Shown: positions 44,713-52,210 of the stretch, piece by piece
Layout: every line of letters starts with the position of its first letter
Position numbering within the stretch: position 1 is the stretch's first letter
NCBI GenBank assembly: GCA_023382675.1
Contig: JAHDWN010000012.1
Coordinates: 81,548-145,547, forward strand
From: Anaerolineae bacterium
GTDB taxonomy: Bacteria; Chloroflexota; Anaerolineae; Aggregatilineales; Phototrophicaceae
DNA: 64,000 nt
Direction of reading: 5' to 3'
Notes under the pieces: generated by a model
The model's input: the letters and a program-made list of their open reading frames with translations, nothing else
Told to the model about the DNA's origin: nothing
Databases searched by the model: none
Translations under genes and position numbers: made by a program

Positions 44713-45327
44713 TCAATCTTCCTGGTAGTACTCGATGATCGAGAGCAGCATGGTGTTCATGAAGGTGTTGACCTGGCGCAGCAAGTGCGCCCACTCGGAT
44801 GGGCTGTGCGGCGTCAGTTCCGACCAGGTCAGGATAGCATTGACGACGAAATCGCTGAAATAGAAATAGCCGCGCGCCGCTTGTGGGAGTGTGAGGCCAT
44901 CACTGCTCAACTGGCGGGCATACTCCTCGCCCAGTTTGATCGCCGGTGACAGTTGGCTGTCCTGCCCACCCAACGCTAGGTACTGGCGCAGCCTCTCCAG
45001 AACCAGACGCCCCTGCTCGCGCATGATGACACGAGAGCCTTCACCCATCTGCGCATACCAGGCTTCTTGCGTCAGCGGGCTGTCGCCAACAGTCATTCGC
45101 ATCTGACCCAGCGCGTTTTGGAGAATGACCTGCACTTCGAGAGGCTGTAATTCCCCCTGCGACTCGGCATATTGCATCAGGTCGGACTTGCGAAAACGCC
45201 GGTGTTTACCCGGAGTTCGGCGCGATGGGATTTTGCCCTCGTCTGCCCAGATGCGTACCGTCGCAGGGTGTACGCCAAGAAGCTGGGCCGCTTGCTGCAA
45301 ACTGAGCCATTCAGAAGTATCGTTCAT
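44713..45327 (-). CDS. MerR/excisionase-type HTH DNA-binding protein with C-terminal all-helical domain
   Basis: LSLQQAAQLLGVHPATVRIWADEGKIPSRRTPGKHRRF is followed by an unassigned helical domain of about 140 aa. The stop lies 3 nt upstream of the dprA start. Confidence 0.7.
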   Translation of the reverse strand: MNDTSEWLSLQQAAQLLGVHPATVRIWADEGKIPSRRTPGKHRRFRKSDLMQYAESQGELQPLEVQVILQNALGQMRMTVGDSPLTQEAWYAQMGEGSRVIMREQGRLVLERLRQYLALGGQDSQLSPAIKLGEEYARQLSSDGLTLPQAARGYFYFSDFVVNAILTWSELTPHSPSEWAHLLRQVNTFMNTMLLSIIEYYQED

Positions 45328-45649
45328 GGCGCTTTATATCGTGTTTCCCCCGATTCTATCATCGAGTATACATCAAGCTGATGCAGTTCGTGGCGTGATT
45401 CACAAGCATCGATCCGGCATTGAGAAACGATTTGAACAAATACCCTCTCATAAGATACGTTGACGTATTCTTTTTATTCTTGTGTGGCAGGGCACAGTTA
45501 CGATTAGAGCCAGAGTGAAAGGATGCAAACTGTTCGTCTGCAATACACAATAGATTGGCAATGTCTTGAGCATCTGTGTATAAGGTGATGATGATCAAGG
45601 CATGAGACACTCATACCAGACGTCTCTCAACAGATTTGAAAGGAGTCAT

Positions 45650-46717
45650 GTGCGCGCTATCCAATCTACAGGCGTCGCGCACACTGAATGTATGGACGTA
45701 CTCATCATAGGTGGCACGCGCAACATGGGGCATTTTCTGACCCATGCGTTGCGCGAGGCTGGTCATGTCGTAACCGTTCTCAACCGTGGCAAGACTCGTG
45801 ATGAACTCCCCCCCCATGTCGAACGTCTGCGGGCGGATCGCACTGAACCTGAACAGCTTAAATCCGTTCTTGCGCAACGACATTTCGATGCTGTGGTCGA
45901 TACTACGCTTTATACGGCTATGGAAGCCCACGCTGTGGTCGACCTTCTGCGTGAGCGCACCGAACATTACATCTTCATCAGTTCAGGCCAGGTGTACCTG
46001 GTGCGTGAAGGTCTTAATCGCCCATTCAAAGAGAGTGATTATCCGGGCAGATTAATGCCCACACCAAAACCCGATACTTTTGCGCACGCGGAGTGGCGTT
46101 ACGGGATCGGAAAGCGTGAAGCCGAAGATGCGCTCCGGAAGGCCTGGGAAGAACACGCGTTCCCGGTGACGACTTTGCGCTTGCCTATGGTCAACAGTGA
46201 ACGTGACCCCCTGTTTCGGCTTTACAACTATGTCCTGCGCCTGCGTGATGGCGGCCCGATTCTGACACCGATGACGCCCAATTTCCCCCTGCGTCATGTC
46301 TATGGCGGCGACGTGGTGAATGCGATAGTACGGATTGTCGAAGCTGGCCTGGGCAAGGGGCGCGCCTACAATATCTCGCAAGAAGAAACGGTCTCTCTGG
46401 ACGAATTTCTGGGTATGGTCGGCGAGATTATGGACATCAGACCCAGAATTGTTCGCCTGCCACGTGCCACTCTGGAGGCCAATGGCTTTTTACCTGAATG
46501 CTCCCCCTTTAGCGAGCGCTGGATGTCGGAACTGGACAATTCTTTGAGCAAGACTGAGTTGGGTGTCACCTATACGCCGTTGGAAACCTACCTACGCCAG
46601 ATCGTCCGCTATTATCTCGAACACATGCCACCCAAACCCTCCGGCTACCGGCGGCGCAAGGCGGAGATCATGCTGCTTCAGTTTGAGAATGAACCGTCAA
46701 CAGAAATCTCGAAGTAG
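45650..46717 (+). CDS. NAD-dependent epimerase/dehydratase family protein
   Basis: MDVLIIGGTRNMGHFL Rossmann motif. GTG 45650 has GAAAGGAG upstream; ATG 45692 is the alternative start. Confidence 0.8.
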   Translation: MRAIQSTGVAHTECMDVLIIGGTRNMGHFLTHALREAGHVVTVLNRGKTRDELPPHVERLRADRTEPEQLKSVLAQRHFDAVVDTTLYTAMEAHAVVDLLRERTEHYIFISSGQVYLVREGLNRPFKESDYPGRLMPTPKPDTFAHAEWRYGIGKREAEDALRKAWEEHAFPVTTLRLPMVNSERDPLFRLYNYVLRLRDGGPILTPMTPNFPLRHVYGGDVVNAIVRIVEAGLGKGRAYNISQEETVSLDEFLGMVGEIMDIRPRIVRLPRATLEANGFLPECSPFSERWMSELDNSLSKTELGVTYTPLETYLRQIVRYYLEHMPPKPSGYRRRKAEIMLLQFENEPSTEISK

Positions 46718-46748
46718 CCGGGCTGCATGACTCTTGAAGGGCGTAGCT

Positions 46749-47258
46749 TCAGGCTGACGGCAGTGCCTGCAATTCGACAAGAAGCGCATCGCGCTCGACC
46801 ACGTCTCCCGGCTGGACAAGGACGCGGAGGATGGTCGCATCTATGGGCGCGGTCACACGCAGCTCCATCTTCATTGCTTCCAGGACGACGAGCGTTTGAC
46901 CGCGCGAAACGGAATCGCCCGTAGAGATGGAGACGGCGCGCACCTGGCCGGGCATCTGGGCTGTGAGTCGTCCCGTGGATGATCGTCCTCCGGTGGCACG
47001 CCGGGAGACAATATCCTGTTCAACCTCGAGCATGTACTGCACACCGTTGACGTACACGTAGCGCCGATCACCTTCAGCCGCCGTATACGCCGTCACTCTT
47101 GCGGCATCGAGATGTAGCTGCCAGCCGCCATCCGAAAGTGCATGTGTCGTAAAGATGTATTCGCGATTATTGATGACTGCGCGCCATTGATCGTCGGAGA
47201 GACGGGCAAGATCAATCGTGCAGGTTTGACCTTGAAAGACATATCTGAAGCTCGTCAT
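46749..47258 (-). CDS. Biotin carboxyl carrier (biotinyl/lipoyl domain) protein
   Basis: The C-terminus GQTLVVLEAMKMELRVTAP contains the EAMKM biotinylation motif. The start is uncertain (47258 or 47336). Confidence 0.75.
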   Translation of the reverse strand: MTSFRYVFQGQTCTIDLARLSDDQWRAVINNREYIFTTHALSDGGWQLHLDAARVTAYTAAEGDRRYVYVNGVQYMLEVEQDIVSRRATGGRSSTGRLTAQMPGQVRAVSISTGDSVSRGQTLVVLEAMKMELRVTAPIDATILRVLVQPGDVVERDALLVELQALPSA

Positions 47259-47370
47259 GCCTGTTGCCCTGACACTCGCTGGCGCATACATCGTGGCGAT
47301 TGTAACCCACTGTGTCTTCGAATGAACACTTGACACCCTCTACGGCTCGGCTCTATACTTCACTCACTTC

Positions 47371-47442
47371 GCCGAGGTAGCTCAGTAGTAGAGCAACGCA
47401 CTGAAAATGCGTGGGTCGCGAGTGCGAATCTCGCCCTCGGCA
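47371..47442 (+). tRNA. tRNA-Phe: tRNA-Phe (anticodon GAA), no encoded CCA, atypical D-loop and T-loop
   Basis: Manual cloverleaf. Acceptor stem GCCGAGG/CCTCGGC plus discriminator A. D stem GCTC/GAGC with loop AGTAGTA. Anticodon stem ACGCA/TGCGT with loop CTGAAAA. Variable loop GGGTC. T stem GCGAG/CTCGC with loop TGCGAAT. Confidence 0.85.
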
Positions 47443-47468
47443 AAACTGGCATTCTGATGCCCCTGCGA

Positions 47469-47511
47469 AGACCTCGAATGGTTTGTCAAAACAACTATTC
47501 GGGGTCTTTTT
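47469..47511 (+). terminator. Rho-independent terminator after tRNA-Phe
   Basis: AGACCTCGAAT-N17-ATTCGGGGTCT (11 bp, including one G-U pair) followed by TTTT. Confidence 0.65.
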
Positions 47512-47628
47512 GCGTATATGGGATCTGGTATGGGCAGCGGCCTATCATGCGTTTCCTATCTCACTCTAATACGTCCGCCTGTATCATTGTCTCGAAGTTA
47601 CACATTCCAGTCGAAAGCAGCGCGTTGC

Positions 47629-49425
47629 ATGTTTCGTAGACCCCGCCGTCGCTCCTCCAGTGAGGCGCGTGAAATCCCCACCGGCCCTGTGAATTGGCGA
47701 CGATTGATCGGTTATCTGCGTCCTTATTTAGGCTATATGGCAATCGCTTTGTTGGCGACATTCGGCAGCGGCATTCTCAGCCTGGTCTTTCCCTGGGTGA
47801 TCCAGAATGTGATCGACGCCGTTCTGACCCAGCGCAACCTTGAACTTCTCAACCAGATCACCATCGGCCTGATGTTCGTCTTTCTCTTACGTTCGGCGAC
47901 CTCATTGGTCGAAACTTACACGCTCAACTATGTCGGCGAGCGGCTGGTGGTCGATCTGCGCACGCAGTTGTACCGACATCTCCAGAGTCTGTCGCTTGGT
48001 TTTTTTGTCCAGCGTGGCGTGGGGGAATTGGCATCGCGCCTGTCGAACGACGTGACCGCCATCCGCTCGACCTTGACCAACAATGTCAACGTCTTGCTGC
48101 AGCAGGTGGTCATCATGATTGGCTCGGTCGCTGTGATGCTGATCATCAACTGGCGGCTGTCGCTGTTCATCCTCGCGCTGGTGCCGGTCATCATTGGTTT
48201 GGGCGCTCTCTTCGGCTTTCGGCTGCGACGCATCAACACCGAAATCACGGACGATCTCGCCGGCGCATTGAACGTCGCCAACGAAGCGATGCAAAATGTG
48301 CGCGAAGTCAAGAGCTTTGTACGTGAACCCCACGAGATTGAGCGATACGAAGGCGCAGTCAATCGCGCCTTTCGCGCCTCTTTGAGGGTGCTGCGCATTC
48401 GGGCATTGTTTGGCCCGCTGGTCGCGTTCTTCGGCTTCGGCGGGCTTTCGCTTGTCCTCTGGTTTGGCGGGCGGGAAGTTCTCGCCGACCGGCTGACGAT
48501 TGGCGAGCTGATCTCATTCTTGATCTATGGCCTGTCGGTTGCAGGGAGTCTGGGGTCGCTCATCGGTTTGTACACATCGCTTCAAGAGGCTTTGGGCGCG
48601 ACCAAGCGCGTCTTCCAATTGATGGACACCGTGCCAGATGTGAAAGATGCGCCTGATGCGAAATTACTGCCTGATGTCGACGGACGCATCAGCTTCGAGC
48701 AGGTCAACTTCAGTTATGACGAGCGCCAGGAAGTTTTGCGGGACATCAATCTGGACATCGCACCGGGCGAAATTGTCGCGCTGGTCGGGCCGAGTGGCGC
48801 AGGCAAGAGCACGATCTTTAATCTGATTCCGCGTTTTTACGATCCGAGCAGCGGCAGCGTGTGCATTGACGGGCACGACCTGCGCGAGGTGACACAGGCG
48901 AGCTTGCGCGCACAAATCGGCATTGTGCCGCAAGAAGTGCTGCTCTTTGGCGGCACCATTCGCGAAAACATCCGCTATGGACGCCTGGGCGCGACCGACG
49001 ACGCCATCATCGAAGCGGCAAAAGCGGCCAACGCGCATGATTTCATCATGAGTCTGCCGGATCAATACGATACGGTGGTCGGCGAGCGGGGTGTGCGTTT
49101 GAGCGGCGGGCAGCGCCAACGAGTCAGCATCGCTCGCGCCATTCTCAAAGACCCGCGGATTCTGCTGCTTGATGAGGCCACCAGCAGCCTGGACAGCGAA
49201 AGCGAACATCTCGTTCAGGAAGCCCTTGCGCGGCTCATGCAAAATCGCACGACGGTCATCATTGCGCATCGGTTGAGCACGACGCGCGTAGCACACCGGA
49301 TCGTTGTCCTCGACCAGGGGCGGATTGTGGAGATTGGCTCACACGACGAGTTGATGGCACGCGATGGCTTGTATGCCAAGCTCTATGCCATGCAATTTCG
49401 AGAAGACCTGGCCGCTCTGGAGTAA
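47629..49425 (+). CDS. ABC exporter, fused permease/ATPase (MsbA/multidrug type)
   Basis: Six TM segments, Walker A GPSGAGKST, signature LSGGQRQR and Walker B ILLLDEATS. ATG 47629 is preferred over 47518. Confidence 0.9.
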   Translation: MFRRPRRRSSSEAREIPTGPVNWRRLIGYLRPYLGYMAIALLATFGSGILSLVFPWVIQNVIDAVLTQRNLELLNQITIGLMFVFLLRSATSLVETYTLNYVGERLVVDLRTQLYRHLQSLSLGFFVQRGVGELASRLSNDVTAIRSTLTNNVNVLLQQVVIMIGSVAVMLIINWRLSLFILALVPVIIGLGALFGFRLRRINTEITDDLAGALNVANEAMQNVREVKSFVREPHEIERYEGAVNRAFRASLRVLRIRALFGPLVAFFGFGGLSLVLWFGGREVLADRLTIGELISFLIYGLSVAGSLGSLIGLYTSLQEALGATKRVFQLMDTVPDVKDAPDAKLLPDVDGRISFEQVNFSYDERQEVLRDINLDIAPGEIVALVGPSGAGKSTIFNLIPRFYDPSSGSVCIDGHDLREVTQASLRAQIGIVPQEVLLFGGTIRENIRYGRLGATDDAIIEAAKAANAHDFIMSLPDQYDTVVGERGVRLSGGQRQRVSIARAILKDPRILLLDEATSSLDSESEHLVQEALARLMQNRTTVIIAHRLSTTRVAHRIVVLDQGRIVEIGSHDELMARDGLYAKLYAMQFREDLAALE

Positions 49426-49464
49426 AATAGATCTAACGCGCATGTGCAGAGAGGGGTAAACGAG

Positions 49465-49827
49465 ATGAGCTTTTCCCGCCTGTGCATTCTGATAGGGATT
49501 TTGCTGGTAGTTGTCACCATTTATGCCGTGAATGCCACACAGACGAGCTTCATCACGGCCTATCTGCCCGCTGCTACCGGCGTATTGCTGATCGGTCTCG
49601 GATTTGTGGCAGAACGCAATCCCAGCGTTCGTGATCAGATCATTCTTGCGGCTACATTCATCGCGGGTTTTGCCCTGGTTGGATCGCTCAGGATTCTCTT
49701 CATCTTCAACGATCTCGAACAGAATCTCCCCACCATCATCGCGCATTTGACGACGTTGATCTTATCGGGACTCCTGAGCGCTATCGGCGTTCGCCTGTTC
49801 CTGATGAACCGCCGCTCAACATCGTGA
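49465..49827 (+). CDS. Small integral membrane protein (4 TM), unknown function
   Basis: GAGAGGGG lies upstream of ATG 49465. The protein is hydrophobic throughout. Confidence 0.55.
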   Translation: MSFSRLCILIGILLVVVTIYAVNATQTSFITAYLPAATGVLLIGLGFVAERNPSVRDQIILAATFIAGFALVGSLRILFIFNDLEQNLPTIIAHLTTLILSGLLSAIGVRLFLMNRRSTS

Positions 49828-49906
49828 CTCTCTCGAATTGAAACTTTACAATTCCAATTGCGTATTTTCACTATCTGCCGATTGAGTTGTGTGAAGAGGT
49901 CGACTT

Positions 49907-51007
49907 ATGGCATCTCCTTCGCGTGTAATGGCGTCCGGTTCAGGCAGAGCGGACAGGCGAGCCGGTCAGTATGTATTAGGCGGCGTCCGCTTTGATCTGA
50001 CCGTGGCACTGCTGTCTACCTGGTTCGTGATCGGGGTCTATGTCGATGGCTGGGCACACAACAATGGTATCGTCGATGGTACCTTTTTCACGCCTTATCA
50101 CGCGCTGCTTTATTCCGGGGTCGCCGCTGCCGGCCTCTTTTTGGGCATTACACAATTCCGCAACGTCAACCAGGGCTATGCCTGGCGCTTTGCGCTGCCG
50201 AAGGGATACCTGCTCTCTTTGATCGGTGTCGTGTTGTTTTTATTGGGTGGTGGCTTTGACTATGTCTGGCATTCCCTGTTTGGTTTCGAGGCTGATCGCG
50301 CAGCCCTGCTCAGCCCATCGCATCTTCTGCTGGCCGTTTCAGGCGGACTGATTCTGACAGGGCCGATTCGCGCCGCATGGTCGCGAACAAAGAGCGAGCA
50401 GCGCCAGGGGTGGATTGGGTTTTTGCCCATCATTATTTCAATCACGCTGCTTGCCGGTTTGCTGCTGTTCTTCTCAATGTACGCGAACCCATTTATGACC
50501 TGGTGGGCATCGACAGGCAGACAGCCCTCTGGGCAAGATGAATTCTTCCGCGATGTCCTCATCATCACGAGCGCCGTCATATCGACGACAGTGCTAACAG
50601 GTGTGCTGCTCTTCGCGCTGCGACGGTGGGGGAAGCAGCTTCCATTTGGCTCGATCACGTTCATCGTGCTCGTCAACGCCGTGTTTTCCTTCTGGCTGTC
50701 GCTCGGCTTGGACATCCTGCCTTTGCCTGAGCGGGCGACCACCTTGTTGTGCGCCGTCCTGGCCGGGATTATCGGGGATATTCTGCTGCGCGTGCAGGAG
50801 CCGCGGCGCGGTGGTTGGGGGCTGCGGGCATTTGCCTTCATCGTGCCCTTCGTTTGGGTCGTCGCTTACTACGTGCTGCTCGACACCATCCAGGGGATGT
50901 GGTGGGTGATCCATCTCTCGCTCGGCACGGCGTTCATTACCGGGATCGCCGGGCTGCTGCTAAGTTATTTGATGCTGCCGCCAGCCTTTCCCGATGAGGC
51001 GCGCTGA
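49907..51007 (+). CDS. Polytopic membrane protein (about 8-10 TM), unknown function, recurrent His motifs
   Basis: DGWAHNN, FTPYHALLYSG, FDYVWHSLFGFE and LSPSHLLL lie at helix ends. I recognise no family. Confidence 0.6.
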   Translation: MASPSRVMASGSGRADRRAGQYVLGGVRFDLTVALLSTWFVIGVYVDGWAHNNGIVDGTFFTPYHALLYSGVAAAGLFLGITQFRNVNQGYAWRFALPKGYLLSLIGVVLFLLGGGFDYVWHSLFGFEADRAALLSPSHLLLAVSGGLILTGPIRAAWSRTKSEQRQGWIGFLPIIISITLLAGLLLFFSMYANPFMTWWASTGRQPSGQDEFFRDVLIITSAVISTTVLTGVLLFALRRWGKQLPFGSITFIVLVNAVFSFWLSLGLDILPLPERATTLLCAVLAGIIGDILLRVQEPRRGGWGLRAFAFIVPFVWVVAYYVLLDTIQGMWWVIHLSLGTAFITGIAGLLLSYLMLPPAFPDEAR

Positions 51008-51033
51008 AGAGGCTAATTTACGGGATCTGTAAT

Positions 51034-51062
51034 TGAGGCGGGCGACAATCCGCCTCATTTTT
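51034..51062 (+). terminator. Rho-independent terminator
   Basis: TGAGGCGG-N8-CCGCCTCA followed by TTTTT. Confidence 0.75.
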
Positions 51063-51141
51063 CATCTCGTCTCTTACTCTAGGGTGAGCAACATCGACTT
51101 ATGATGAAATCAATGATGAACGTACTGAGAGTGAGGATCTC

Positions 51142-52209
51142 ATGCTTCCGCCTGAAGACAGCGAGAAGGGGCGACATCTCGGCACTTACGAAATGCTGTG
51201 GGACTGCAAATTCTGTGGCGCACAGGGTTTACCCGCGCATACACACCGCTTTTGCCCAACCTGTGGCTCGGCTCAAGATCCGAATACGCGCCGCTTTCCA
51301 TCCGACGAGGAAAAACGTGCTGTCACCGATCACGTTGATAAAGGCGTCGATCTGATTTGCGCTGCTTGCGGCACAACCAACAGCGGCGACGCGAAGTTCT
51401 GTCACCAGTGCGGCGCCCCGCTGGAAAATGCCGAAAAAGCCGCGCTTGTGCAGGATGAAGTGCGTGCTGCCAGTGAAAGCTTTCAGGCTGGTGAACAGCG
51501 CGATCTTGCTACAGAGAGCATGGCACGCGATCTCAAACAATCGCAAGCGGCGCCGTCTGGAATCCCGCGTGGGGTTGTCATCGGCTTGATTGTCGCGGCG
51601 CTGGCCTGCATTGGCGTGATCTTCCTGTTCACACGTACCCAGTCTGGTACAGCCGTCATCACCGGCCACACCTGGGAGCGCGAGATCCTGATCGAAAGCC
51701 TCGTGCCGCAGGAGCAGAGCGCGTGGTGCGACTCGATGCCGGCAGACGCCTACAGTATCAGCAGCCGCTCGGAGCAACGAGACACCCGGCGCATCCCGGA
51801 CGGTGAAATTTGCAGTGTCCGACGCGTTGATAATGGCGACGGCACGTTTAGCGAGCGCGAAGAATGCGAACCCCGCTACCGCGAAGAACCCGTCTACGAT
51901 GATCGCTGTTACTTCACGGTTGATAGGTGGGGTTATTCGCGCAGCGTCGTCTCCAACGGCGACAGTCAGGCCGTTGCTCCATACTGGGCAAATGCTCAGC
52001 TCCAATTTGCGAGTGGTATCGGCGCGGAACGCGAAGCCGGTCGCGATGAGACGTATCTGCTCATTCTGCGCGGCGATAACGACGCCGTTTACGAATGCGA
52101 AGTCAATTTCGACCTGTGGCAAAATGCGGCGCTCGAATCGGCCTGGAAGCTCGAAATCGGTGTCGTCAACGGGCAACCGCGCTGCGACACGCTGGCACCT
52201 GCAAGCTGA
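51142..52209 (+). CDS. Double zinc-ribbon membrane protein
   Basis: CKFCG...CPTCG and CAACG...CHQCG form two zinc ribbons. These are followed by the TM helix VVIGLIVAALACIGVIFLF and a Cys-containing extracytoplasmic domain. Confidence 0.65.
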   Translation: MLPPEDSEKGRHLGTYEMLWDCKFCGAQGLPAHTHRFCPTCGSAQDPNTRRFPSDEEKRAVTDHVDKGVDLICAACGTTNSGDAKFCHQCGAPLENAEKAALVQDEVRAASESFQAGEQRDLATESMARDLKQSQAAPSGIPRGVVIGLIVAALACIGVIFLFTRTQSGTAVITGHTWEREILIESLVPQEQSAWCDSMPADAYSISSRSEQRDTRRIPDGEICSVRRVDNGDGTFSEREECEPRYREEPVYDDRCYFTVDRWGYSRSVVSNGDSQAVAPYWANAQLQFASGIGAEREAGRDETYLLILRGDNDAVYECEVNFDLWQNAALESAWKLEIGVVNGQPRCDTLAPAS

Positions 52210-52210
52210 G

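Noticed and set aside
45359-45610. 83-aa ORF in the AT-rich intergenic region
   Set aside because: It has no Shine-Dalgarno sequence and odd composition (N/K/S/L-rich, reflecting AT-rich DNA). It overlaps the likely promoter region of two divergent genes and has no recognisable motif.
44713-47442. An excisionase-type HTH gene about 2 kb from a tRNA-Phe gene, as a possible integrative-element boundary
   Set aside because: There is no integrase, no phage or conjugation genes, and I could find no direct repeat of the tRNA 3' end. The HTH gene is coupled to housekeeping dprA, and the intervening genes are ordinary metabolic genes.
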